A stretch of DNA of 64,000 bases. It comes from Eledone cirrhosa. Lineage: Eukaryota. The stretch spans positions 1-64,000 of the forward strand of contig CAXHJY010001069.1 of NCBI GenBank assembly GCA_964016885.1, given 5' to 3'. Positions 27,501-42,500 of the stretch are shown piece after piece (position 1 is the first letter of the stretch; the number at the start of each line of letters is the position of its first letter). A model generated the notes under the pieces. It made no database searches. It was given only the letters and a program-made list of their open reading frames with translations, and was not told where the DNA came from. The position numbers and the translations under genes were made by a program.

Positions 27501-30500
27501 CTCTCTTGGTCTTATTACCAACTATCTTGCAGTCATATATCTCACACTTCTCTTGGTCTTATTACCAACTATCTTGCTGTCATATATCTCACACCTCTCT
27601 TGGTCTTATTACCAACTATCTTGCTGTCATATATCTCACACCTCTCTTGGTCTTATTACCAACTATCTTGCTGTCATATATCTCACACCTCTCTTGGTCT
27701 TATTACCAACTATCTTGCTGTCATATATCTCACACCTCTCTTGGTCTTATTACCAACTATCTTGTCATATATCTCACACCTATCTTGGTCTTATTACCAA
27801 CTATCTTGCTGTCATATATCTCACACCTCTCTTGGTCTTATTACCAACTATCTTGTCATATATCTCACACCTATCTTGGTCTTATTACCAACTATCTTGT
27901 TGTCATATATCTCACACCTCTCTTGGTCTTATTACCAACTATCTTGTTGTCATATATCTCACACCTCTCTTGGTCTTATTACCAACTATCTTGTCATATA
28001 TCTCACACCTCTCTTGGTCTTATTACCAACTATCTTGTCATATATCTCACACCTATCTTGGTCTTATTACCAACTATCTTGTTGTCATATATCTCACACC
28101 TATCTTGGTCTTATTACCAACTAACTTGTTGTCATATATCTCACACCTCTCTTGGTCTTATTACCAACTATCTTGTTGTCATATATCTCACACCTTTCTT
28201 GGTCTTATTACCAACTATCTTGTTGTCATATATCTCACACCTATCTTGGTCTTATTACCAACTATCTTGTTGTCATATATCTCACACCTATCTTGGTCTT
28301 ATTACCAACTATCTTGCTGTCATATATCTCACACCTATCTTGGTCTTATTACCAACTATCTTGCTGTCATATATCTCACACCTCTCTTAGTCTTATTACC
28401 AACTATCTTGTTGTCATATATCTCACACCTATCTTGGTCTTATTACCAACTATCTTGCTGTCATATATCTCACACCACTCTTGGTCTTATTACCAACTAT
28501 CTTGTTGTCATATATCTCACACCTATCTTGGTCTTATTACCAACTATCTTGCTGTCATATATCTCACACCTATCTTGGTCTTATTACCAACTATCTTGCT
28601 GTCATATATCTCACACCTCTCTTAGTCTTATTACCAAATATCTTGTTGTCATATATCTCACACCTATCTTGGTCTTATTACCAACTATCTTGCTGTCATA
28701 TATCTCACACCTCTCTTGGTCTTATTACCAACTATCTTGCTGTCATATATCTCACACCTCTCTTGGTCTTATTACCAACTATCTTGTCATATATCTCACA
28801 CCTATCTTCGTCTTATTACCAACTATCTTGTTGTCATATATCTCACACCTATCTTGGGCTTATTACCAACTATCTTGTTGTCATATATCTCACACCTATC
28901 TTGGTTTTATTACCAACTATCTTGCTGTCATATATCCCACGCCTATCTTGGTCTTATTACCAACTATCTTGTTGTCATATATCTCACACCTATCTTGGTC
29001 TTATTACCAACTATCTTGCTGTCATATATCCCACACCTATCTTGGTCTTATTACCAACTATCTTTTGGTCATATATCCCACGCCTATCTTGGTCTTATTA
29101 CCAACTATCTTGTTGTCATATATCTCACACCTATCTTGGTCTTATTACCAACTATCTTGTTGTCATATATCTCACACCTATCTTGGTCTAATTACCAACT
29201 ATCTTGCTGTCATATATCTCACACCTATCTTGGTCTAATTACCAACTATCTTGTCATATATCTCACACCTCTCTTGGTCTTATTACCAACTATCTTGTCA
29301 TATATCTCACACCTCTCTTGGTCTTATTACCAACTATCTTGCTGTCATATATCTCACACCTATCTTGGTCTAATTACCAACTATCTTGCTGTCATATATC
29401 TCACACCTATCTTGGTCTAATTACCAACTATCTTGCTGTCATATATCTCACACCTATCTTGGTCTTATTACCAACTATCTTGCTGTCATATATCTCACAC
29501 CTCTCTTGGTCTTATTACCAACTATCTTGTCATATATCTCACACCTCTCTTGGTCTTATTACCAACTATCTTGCAGTCATATATCTCACACTTCTCTTGG
29601 TCTTATTACCAACTATCTTGCTGTCATATATCTCACACCTATCTTGGTCTTATTACCAACTATCTTGCTGTCATATATCTCACACCTCTCTTGGTCTTAT
29701 TACCAACTATCTTGCTGTCATATATCTCACACCTATCTTGGTCTTATTACCAACTATCTTGCTGTCATATATCTCACACCTCTCTTGGTCTTATTACCAA
29801 CTATCTTGTCATATATCTCACACCTATCTTGGTCTTATTACCAACTATCTTGCTGTCATATATCTCACACCTCTCTTGGTCTTACTACCAACTATCTTGT
29901 CATATATCTCACACCTATCTTGGTCTTATTACCAACTATCTTGTTGTCATATATCTCACACCTATCTTGGGCTTATTACCAACTATCTTGTTGTCATATA
30001 TCTCACACCTATCTTGGTTTTATTACCAACTATCTTGCTGTCATATATCTCACACCTATCTTGGTCTTATTACCAACTATATTGTTGTCATATATCTCAC
30101 ACCTCTCTTGGTCTTATTACCAACTATCTTGTTGTCATATATCTCACACCTCTCTTGGTCTTATTACCAACTATCTTGTTGTCATATATCTCACACCTAT
30201 CTTGGTCTTATTACCAAATATCTTGTTGTCATATATCTCACACCTATCTTGGTCTTATTACCAACTATCTTGTTGTCATATATCTCACACCTATCTTGGT
30301 CTTATTACCAACTATCTTGTCATATATCTCACACCTCTCTTGGTCTTATTACCAACTATCTTGTTGTCATATATCTCAAACCTCTCTTGGTCTTATTACC
30401 AACTATCTTGTCATATATCTCACACCTCTCTTGGTCTTATTACCATCTATCTTGCTGTCATATATCTCACACCTCTCTTGGTCTTATTACCAACTATCTT

Positions 30501-33500
30501 GTTGTCATATATCTCACACCTCTCTTGGTCTTATTACCAACTATCTTGTCATATATCTCACACCTATCTTGGTCTTATTACCAACTATCTTGTTGCCATA
30601 TATCTCACACCTCTCTTGGTCTTATTACCAACTATCTTGTCATATATGTCACACCTCTCTTGGTCTTATTACCAACTATCTTGCTGTCATATATCTCACA
30701 CCTCTCTTGGTCTTATTACCAACTATCTTGTCATATATCTCACACCTCTCTTGGTCTTTTTACCAACTAACTTGCTGTCATATATCTCACACCTATCTTG
30801 GTCTTATTACCAACTATCTTGTCATATATCTCACACCTCTCTTGGTCTTATTACCAACTATCTTGTCATATATCTCACACCTCTCTTGTTCTTATTACCA
30901 ACTATCTTGTCATATATCTCACACCTCTCTTGGTCTTATTACCAACTATCTTGCTGTCATATATCTCACACCTATCTTGGTCTTATTACCAACTATCTTG
31001 CTGTCATATATCTCACACCTCTCTTGGTCTTATTACCAACTATCTTGCTGTCATATATCTCACACCTATCTTGGTCTTATTACCAACTATCTTGCTGTCA
31101 TATATCTCACACCTCTCTTGGTCTTATTACCAACTATCTTGTCATATATCTCACACATCTCTTGGTCTTATTACCAACTATCTTGTCACATATCTCACAC
31201 ATCTCTTGGTCTTATTACCAACTATCTTGTCATATATCTCACACCTCTCTTAGTCTTATTACCAACTATCTTGTTGTCATATATCTCACACCTATCTTGG
31301 TCTTATTACCAACTATCTTGCTGTCATATATCTCACACCTCTCTTGGTCTTATTACCAACTATCTTGTCATATATCTCACACCTATCTTGGTCTTATTAG
31401 CAACTATCTTGCTGTCATATATCTCACACCGCTCTTGGTCTTATTACCAACTATCTTGTCATACATCTCACACCTCTCTTGGTCTTATTACCAACTATCT
31501 TGCTGTCATATATCTCACACCTCTCTTGGTCTTATTACCAACTATCTTGCTGTCATATATCTCACACCTATCTTGGTCTTATTACCAACTATCTTGCTGT
31601 CATATATCTCACACCTCTCTTGGTCTTATTACCAACTATCTTGTCATATATCTCACACCTCTCTTGGTCTTATTACCAACTATCTTGTTGTCATATATCT
31701 CACACCTCTCTTGGTCTTATTACCAACTATCTTGTCATATATCTCACACCTCTCTTGGTCTTATTACCAACTATCTTGCTGTCATATATCTCACACCTAT
31801 CTTGGTCTTATTACCAACTATCTTGTTGTCATATATCTCACACCTCTCTTGGTCTTATTACCAACTATTTTGTCATATATCTCACACCTCTCTTGGTCTT
31901 ATTACCAACTATCTTGCTGTCATATATCTCACACCTCTCTTGGTCTTATTACCAACTATCTTGTCATATATCTCACACCTCTCTTGGTCTTATTACCAAC
32001 TATCTTGTTGTCATATATCTCACACCTCTCTTGGTCTTATTACCAACTATCTTGCTGTCATATATCTCACACCTATCTTGGTCTAATTACCAACTATCTT
32101 GTTGTCATATATCTCACACCTATCTTGGTCTTATTACCAACTATCTTGCTGTCATATATCTCCCACCTCTCTTGGTCTTATTACCAACTCTCTTGTCGTC
32201 ATATATCTCACACCTATCTTGGTCTTATTACCAACTATCTTGCTGTCATATATCTCTCACCTCTCTAGGTCTAATTACCAACTATCTTGCTGTCATATAT
32301 CTCACACCTATCTTGGTCTTATTACCAACTATCTTGCTGTCATATATCTCACACCTATCTTGGTCTTATTACCAACTATCTTGCTGTCATATATCTCACA
32401 CCTCTCTTGGTCTTATTACCAACTATCTTGTTGTCATATATCTCACACCTATCTTGGTCTTATTACCAACTATCTTGTTGTCATATATCTCACACCTATC
32501 TTGGTCTAATTACCAACTATCTTGTTGTCATATATCTCACACCTATCTTGGTCTTATTACCAACTATCTTGTTGTCATATATCTCACACCTATCTTGGTC
32601 TAATTACCAACTATCTTGTTGTCATATATCTCACACCTATCTTGGTCTTATTACCAACTATCTTGCTGTCATATATCACACACCTCTCTTGGTCTTATTA
32701 CCAACTATCTTGCTGTCATATATCTCACACCTCTCTTGGTCTTATTACCAACTATCTTGTTGTCATATATCTCACACCTATCTTGGTCTTATTACCAACT
32801 ATCTTGTTGTCATATATCTCACACCTATCTTGGTCTAATTACCAACTATCTTGTTGTCATATATCTCACACCTATCTTGGTCTTATTACCAACTATCTTG
32901 CTGTCATATATCTCACACCTCTCTTGGTCTTATTACCAACTATCTTGTTGTCATATATCTCACACCTATCTTGGTCTTTTTACCAACTATCTTGCTGTCA
33001 TATATCTCACACCTATCTTGGTCTTATTACCAACTATCTTGTTGTCATATATCTCACACCTATCTTGGTCTTATTACCAACTATCTTGTTGTCATATATC
33101 TCACACCTATCTTGGTCTTATTACCAACTATCTTGTTGTCATATATCTCACACCTATCTTGGTCTAATTACCAACTATCTTGTTGTCATATATCTCACAC
33201 CTATCTTGGTCTTATTACCAACTATCTTGTTGTTATATATCTCACACCTATCTTGGTCTTATTACCAACTATCTTGTCATATATCTCACACATCTCTTGG
33301 TCTTATTACCAACTATCTTGTCATATATCTCACACCTCTCTTGGTCTTATTACCAACTATCCTGTTGTCATATATCTCACACCTATCTTGGTCTTATTAC
33401 CAACTATCTTGCTGTCATATATCTCACACCTCTCTTGGTCTTATTACCAACTATCTTGTCATATATCTCACACCTCTCTTGGTCTAGTTACCAACTATCT

Positions 33501-36500
33501 TGCTGTCATATATCTCACACCTCTCTTGGTCTTATTACCAACTATCTTTTTGTCATATATCTCACACCTATCTTGGTCTTATTACCAACTATCTTGCTGT
33601 CATATATCTCACACCTCTCTTGGTCTTATTACCAACTATCTTGTCATATATCTCACACCTCTCTTGGTCTTATTACCAACTATCTTGTTGTCATATATCT
33701 CACACCTATCTTGGTCTTATTACCAACTATCTTGCTGTCATATATCTCACACCTCTCTTGGTCTTATTACCAACTATCTTGTCATATATCTCACACCTCT
33801 CTTGGTCTTATTACCAACTATCTTGTCATATATCTCACACCTCTCTTGGTCTTATTACCAACTATCTTGTTGTCATATATCTCACACCTCTCTTGGTCTT
33901 ATTACCAACTATCTTGTTGTCATATATTTCACACCTCTCTTGGTCTTATTACCAACTATCTTGTCATATATCTCACACCTCTCTTGGTCTTATTACCAAC
34001 TATCTTGTCATATATCTCACACCTCTCTTGGTCTTATTACCAACTATCTTGCTGTCATATATCTCACACCTATCTTGGTCTTATTACCAACTATCTTGTT
34101 GTCATATATCTCACACCTCTCTTGGTCTTATTACCAACTATTTTGTCATATATCTCACACCTCTCTTGGTCTTATTACCAACTATCTTGTTGTCATATAT
34201 CTCACACCTCTCTTGGTCTTATTACCAACTATTTTGTCATATATCTCACACCTCTCTTGGTCTTATTACCAACTATCTTGCTGTCATATATCTCACACCT
34301 CTCTTGGTCTTATTACCAACTATCTTGTCATATATCTCACACCTATCTTGGTCTTATTACCAACTATCTTGTTGTCATATATCTCACACCTCTCTTGGTC
34401 TTATTACCAACTTTCTTGTCATATATCTCACACCTCTCTTGGTTTTATTACCAACTATCTTGTCATATATCTCACACCTCTCTTGGTCTTATTACCAACT
34501 ATCTTGTCATATATCTCACACCTCTCTTGGTCTTATTACCAAATATCTTGTCATATATCTCACACCTCTCTTGGTCTTATTACCAACTATCTTGCTGTCA
34601 TATATCTCACACCTATCTTGGTCTTATTACCAACTATCTTGTCATATATCTCACACATCTCTTGGTCTTATTACCAACTATCTTCTCACATATCTCACAC
34701 ATCTCTTGGTCTTATTACCAACTATCTTGTCATATATCTCACACCTCTCTTGGTCTTATTACCAACTATCTTGTTGTCATATATCTCACACCTATCTTGG
34801 TCTTATTACCAACTATCTTGCTGTCATATATCTCACACCTCTCTTGGTCTTATTACCAACTATCTTGTCATATATCTCACACCTATCTTGGTCTTATTAC
34901 CAACTATCTTGCTGTCATATATCTCACACCGCTCTTGGTCTTATTACCAACTATCTTGTCATACTTCTCACACCTCTCTTGGTCTTATTACCAACTATCT
35001 TGCTGTCATATATCTCACACCTCTCTTGGTCTTATTACCAACTATCTTGCTGTCATATATCTCACACCTATCTTGGTCTTATTACCAACTATCTTGCTGT
35101 CATATATCTCACACCTCTCTTGGTCTTATTACCAACTATCTTGTCATATATCTCACACCTCTCTTGGTCTTATTACCAACTATCTTGTTGTCATATATCT
35201 CACACCTCTCTTGGTCTTATTACCAACTATCTTGTCATATATCTCACACCTCTCTTGGTCTTATTACCAACTATCTTGCTGTCATATATCTCACACCTAT
35301 CTTGGTCTTATTACCAACTATCTTGTTGTCATATATCTCACACCTCTCTTGGTCTTATTACCAACTATTTTGTCATATATCTCACACCTCTCTTGGTCTT
35401 ATTACCAACTATCTTGCTGTCATATATCTCACACCTCTCTTGGTCTTATTACCAACTATCTTGTCATATATCTCACACCTCTCTTGGTCTTATTACCAAC
35501 TATCTTGTTGTCATATATCTCACACCTCTCTTGGTCTTATTACCAACTATCTTGTCATATATCTCACACCTCTCTTGGTCTTATAACCAACTATCTTGCT
35601 GTCATATATCTCACACCTATCTTGGTCTTATTACCAACTATCTTGTTGTCATATATCTCACACCTCTCTTGGTCTTATTACCAACTATCTTGTCATATAT
35701 CTCACACCTCTCTTGGTCTTATTACCAACTATCTTGTCATATATCTCACACCTCTCTTGGTCTTATTACCAACTATCTTGTCATATATCTCACACCTCTC
35801 TTGGTCTTATTACCAAATATCTTGTCATATATCTCACACCTCTCTTGGTCTTATTACCAACTATCTTGCTGTCATATATCTCACACCTCTCTTGGTCTTA
35901 TTACCAACTATCTTGTCATATATCTCACACCTCTCTTGGTCTTTTTACCAACTATCTTGTCATATATCTCACACCTCTCTTGGTCTTATTACCAACTATC
36001 TTGCTGTCATATATCTCACACCTATCTTGGTCTTATTACCAACTATCTTGCTGTCATATATCTCACACCTCTTTTGGTCTTATTACCAACTATCTTGCTG
36101 TCATATATCTCACACCTATCTTGGTCTTATTACCAACTATCTTGCTGTCATATATATCACACCTCTCTTGGTCTTATTACCAACTATCTTGCTGTCATAT
36201 ATCTCACACCTATCTTGGTCTAATTACCAACTATCTTGTTGTCATATATCTCACACCTATCTTGGTCTTATTACCAACTATCTTGCTGTCATATATCTCC
36301 CACCTCTCTTGGTCTTATTACCAACTCTCTTGTTGTCATATATCTCACACCTATCTTGGTCTTATTACCAACTATCTTGCTGTCATATATCTCTCACCTC
36401 TCTAGGTCTAATTACCAACTATCTTGCTGTCATGTATCTCACACCTATCTTGGTCTTATTACCAACTATCTTGCTGTCATATATCTCACACCTATCTTGG

Positions 36501-39500
36501 TCTTATTACCAACTATCTTGCTGTCATATATCTCACACCTATCTTGGTCTTATTACCAACTATCTTGCTGTCATATATCTCACACCTCTCTTGGTCTTAT
36601 TACCAACTATCTTGTTGTCATATATCTCACACCTATCTTGGTCTTATTACCAACTATCTTGTTGTCATATATCTCACACCTATCTTGGTCTAATTACCAA
36701 CTATCTTGTTGTCATATATCTCACACCTATCTTGGTCTTATTACCAACTATCTTGTTGTCATATATCTCACACCTATCTTGGTCTTATTACCAACTATCT
36801 TGTCATATATCTCACACATCTCTTGGTCTTATTACCAACTATCTTGTCATATATCTCACACCTCTCTTGGTCTTATTACCAACTATCTTGTTGTCATATA
36901 TCTCACACCTATCTTGGTCTTATTACCAACTATCTTGCTGTCATATATCTCACACCTCTCTTGGTCTTATTACCAACTATCTTGTCATATATCTCACACC
37001 TCTTTTGGTCTAGTTACCAACTATCTTGCTGTCATATATCTCACACCTCTCTTGGTCTTATTACCAACTATCTTGTTGTCATATATCTCACACCTATCTT
37101 GGTCTTATTACCAACTATCTTGCTGTCATATATCTCACACCTCTCTTGGTCTTATTACCAACTATCTTGTCATATATCTCACACCTCTCTTGGTCTTATT
37201 ACCAACTATCTTGTTGTCATATATCTCACACCTATCTTGGTCTTATTACCAACTATCTTGCTGTCATATATCTCACACCTCTCTTGGTCTTATTACCAAC
37301 TATCTTGTCATATATCTCACACCTCTCTTGGTCTTATTACCAACTATCTTGTCATATATCTCACACCTCTCTTGGTCTTATTACCAACTATCTTGTTGTC
37401 ATATATCTCACACCTATCTTGGTCTTATTACCAACTATCTTGCTGTCATATATCTCACACCTCTCTTGGTCTTATTACCAACTATTTTGTCATATATCTC
37501 ACACCTCTCTTGATCTTATTACCAACTATCTTGCTGTCATATATCTCACACCTCTCTTGGTCTTATTACCAACTATCTTGCTGTCATATATCTCACACCT
37601 ATCTTGGTCTTATTACCAACTATCTTGCTGTCATATATCTCACACCTCTCTTGGTCTTATTACCAACTATCTTGTCACATATCTCACACCTCTCTTGGTC
37701 TTATTACCAACTATCTTGTTGTCATATATCTCACACCTCTCTTGGTCTTATTACCAACTATCTTGTTGTCATATATTTCACACCTCTCTTGGTCTTATTA
37801 CCAAATATCTTGTCATATATCTCACACCTCTCTTGGTCTTATTACCAACTATCTTGTCATATATCTCACACCTCTCTTGGTCTTATTACCAACTATCTTG
37901 CTGTCACATATCTCACACCTATCTTGGTCTTATTACCAACTATCTTGTTGTCATATATCTCACACCTCTCTTGGTCTTATTACCAACTATCTTGCTGTCA
38001 TATATCTCACACCTCTCTTGGTCTTATTACCAACTATCTTGCTGTCATATATCTCACACCTCTCTTGGTCTTATTACCAACTATCTTGTCATATATCTCA
38101 CACCTATCTTAGTCTTATTACCAACTATCTTGTTGTCATATATCTCACACCTCTCTTGGTCTTATTACCAACTTTCTTGTCATATATCTCACACCTCTCT
38201 TGGTCTTATTACCAACTATCTTGTCATATATCTCACACCTCTCTTGGTCTTATTACCAACTATCTTGTCATATATCTCACACCTCTCTTGGTCTTATTAC
38301 CAAATATCTTGTCATATATCTCACACCTCTCTTGGTCTTATTACCAACTATCTTGCTGTCATATATCTCACACCTATCTTGGTCTTATTACCAACTATCT
38401 TGTCATATATCTCACACCTCTCTTGGTCTTATTACCAACTATCTTGTCATATATCTCACACCTCTCTTGATCTTTTTACCAACTATCTTGTCATATATCT
38501 CACACCTCTCTTGGTCTTATTACCAACTATCTTGCTGTCATATATCTCACACCTATCTTGGTCTTATTACCAACTATCTTGCTGTCATATATCTCGCCCC
38601 TCTCTTGGTCTTATTTCCAACTATCTTGTCATATATCTCACACCTCTCTTGATCTTTTTACCAACTATCTTGTCATATATCTCACACCTATCTTGGTCTT
38701 ATTACCAACTATCTTGCTGTCATATATCTCACACCTATCTTGGTCTTATTACCAACTATCTTGCTGTCATATATCTCACACCTCTCTTGGTCTTATTACC
38801 AACTATCTTGCTGTCATATATCTCACACCTATCTTGGTCTTATTACCAACTATCTTGTTGTCATATATCTCACACCTATCTTTGTCTTATTACCAACTAT
38901 CTTGCTGTCATATATCTCCCACCTCTCTTGGTCTTATTACCAACTATCTTGTTGTCATATATCTCACACCTATCTTGGTCTTATTACCAACTATCTTGCT
39001 GTCATATATCTCTCACCTCTCTGGGTCTAATTACCAACTATCTTGCTGTCATATATCTCACACCTATCTTGGTCTTATTACCAACTATCTTGCTGTCATA
39101 TATCTCACACCTATCTTGGTCTTATTACCAACTATCTTGCTGTCATATATCTCACACCTATCTTGGTCTTATTACCAACTATCTTGTTGTCATATATCTC
39201 ACACCTCTCTTGGTCTTATTACCAACTATCTTGTTGTCATATATCTCACACCTATCTTGGTCTTATTACCAACTATCTTGTTGTCATATATCTCACACCT
39301 ATCTTGGTCTTATTACCAACTATCTTGCTGTCATATATCTCACACCTATCTTGGTCTTATTACCAACTATCTTGTTGTCATATATCTCACACCTCTCTTG
39401 GTCTTATTACCAACTATCTTGTTGTCATATATCTCACACCTCTCTTGGTCTTATTACCAACTATCTTGTCATATATCTCACACCTCTCTTGGTCTTATTA

Positions 39501-42500
39501 CCAACTATCTTGTCATATATCTCACACCTCTCTTGATCTTATTACCAACTATTTTCTCATATGTCTCACACCTATCTTGGTCTTATTACCAACTATCTTG
39601 TTGTCATATATCTCACACCTATCTTGGTCTTATTACCAACTATCTTGTTGTCATATATCTCACACCTCTCTTGGTCTTATTACTAACTATCTTGTTGTCA
39701 TATATCTCACACCTATCTTGGTCATATATCTCACACCTATCTTGGTCTTATTACCAACTATCTTGTCATATATCTCACACCTCTCTTGGTCTTATTACCA
39801 ACTATCTTGTCATATATCTCACACCTCTCTTGATCTTATTACCAACTATCTTGTCATATATCTCACACCTCTCTTGATCTTATTACCAACTATCTTGTCA
39901 TATATCTCACACCTATCTTGGTCTTATTACCAACTATCTTGTTGTCATATATCTCACACCTATCTTGGTCTTATTACCAACTATCTTGCTGTCATATATT
40001 TCACACCTCCCTTGGTCTTATTACCAACTATCTTGTTGTCATATATCTCACACCTCTCTTGGTCTTATTACTAACTATCTTGTTGTCACATATCTCACAC
40101 CTATCTTGGTCATATATCTCACACCTATCTTGGTCTTATTACCAACTATCTTGTCATATATCTCACACCTCTCTTGGTCTTATTACCAACTATCTTGTTG
40201 TCATATATCTCACACCTATCTTGGTCTTATTACCAACTATCTTGTCATATATCTCACACCTCTCTTGGTCTTATTACCAACTATCTTGTCATATATCTCA
40301 CACCTCTCTTGGTCTTATTACCAACTATCTTGTTGTCATATATCTCACACCTATCTTGGTCTTATTACCAACTATCTTGTCATATATCTCACACCTCTCT
40401 TGGTCTTATTACCAACTATCTTGTCATATATCTCACACCTCTCTTGGTCTTATTACCAACTATCTTGTTGTCATATATCTCACACCTATCTTGGTCTTAT
40501 TACCAACTATCTTGTCATATATCTCACACCTCTCTTGGTCTTATTACCAACTATCTTGTCATATATCTCACAACTCTCTTGGTCTTATTACCAACTATCT
40601 TGTTGTCATATATCTCACGCATATCTTGGTCTTATTACCAACTATCTTGCTGTCATATATCTCACACCTCTCTTGGTCTTATTACCAACTATCTTGTTGT
40701 CATATATCTCACACCTCTCTTGGTCTTATTACCAACTATCTTGCTGTCATATATCTCACACCTCTCTTGGTCTTATTACCAACTATCTTGCTGTCATATA
40801 TCTCAAACCTATCTTGGTCTTATTACCAACTATCTTGCTGTCATATATCTCACACCTCTCTTGGTCTTATTACCAACTATCTTGTCATATATCTCACACC
40901 TCTCTTGGTCTTATTACCAACTATCTTGTTGTCATATATCTCACACCTATCTTGGTCTTATTACCAACTATCTTGCTGTCATATATCTCACACCTCTCTT
41001 GGTCTTATTACCAACTATCTTGTCATATATCTCACACATCTCTTGGTCTTATTACCAACTATCTTGTCATATATCTCACACCTCTCTTGGTCTTATTACC
41101 AACTATCTTGTTGTCATATATCTCACACCTATCTTGGTCTTATTACCAACTATCTTGCTGTCATATATCTCACACCTCTCTTGGTCTTATTACCAACTAT
41201 CTTGTCATATATCTCACACCTCTCTTGGTCTTATTACCAACTATCTTGTTGTCATATATCTCACACCTCTCTTGGTCTTATTACCAACTATCTTGTTGTC
41301 ATATATCTCACACCTCTCTTGGTCTTATTACCAACTATCTTGCTGTCATATATCTCACACCTCTCTTGGTCTTATTACCAACTATCTTGTTGTCATATAT
41401 CTCACACCTCTCTTGGTCTTATTACCAACTATCTTGCTGTCATATATCTCACACCTCTCTTGGTCTTATTACCAACTATCTTGTTGTCATATATCTCACA
41501 CCTCTCTTGGTCTTATTACCAACTATCTTGTTGTCATATATCTCACACCTCTCTTGGTTTTATTACCAACTATCTTGTCATATATCTCACACCTCTCTTG
41601 ATCTTATTACCAACTATCTTGTCATATATCTCACACATATCTTGGTCTTATTACCAACTATCTTGTTGTCATATATCTCACACCTCTCTTGGTCTTATTA
41701 CCAACTATCTTGTTGTCATATATCTCACACCTCTCTTGGTCTTATTACCAACTATCTTGTCATATATCTCACACCTCTCTTGATCTTATTACCAACTATC
41801 TTGTCATATATCTCACACCTATCTTGGTCTTATTACCAACTATCTTGTTGTCATATATCTCACACCTATCTTGGTCTTATTACCAACTATCTTGTTGTCA
41901 TATATCTCACACCTCTCTTGGTCTTATTACTAACTATCTTGTTGTCATATATCTCACACCTATCTTGGTCATATATCTCACACCTATCTTGGTCTTATTA
42001 CCAACTATCTTATCATATAACTCACACCTATCTTGGTCTTATTACCAACTATCTTGTTGTCATATATCTCACACCTATCTTGGTCTTATTACCAACTATC
42101 TTGCTGTCATATATCTCACACCTCCCTTGGTTTTATTACCAACTATCTTGTTGTCATATATCTCACACCTCTCTTGGTCTTATTACTAACTATCTTGTTG
42201 TCATATATCTCACACCTATCTTGGTCTTATTACCAACTATCTTGTCATATATCTCACACCTCTCTTGGTCTTATTACCAACTATCTTGTTGTCATATATC
42301 TCACACCTCTTGGTCTTATTACCAACTATCTTGTTGTCATATATCTCACACCTATCTTGGTCTTATTACCAACTATCTTGCTGTCATATATCTCACACCT
42401 CTCTTGGTCTTATTACCAACTATCTTGCTGTCATATATCTCACACCTCTCTTGGTCTTATTACTAACTATCTTGCTGTCATATATCTCACACCTATCTTG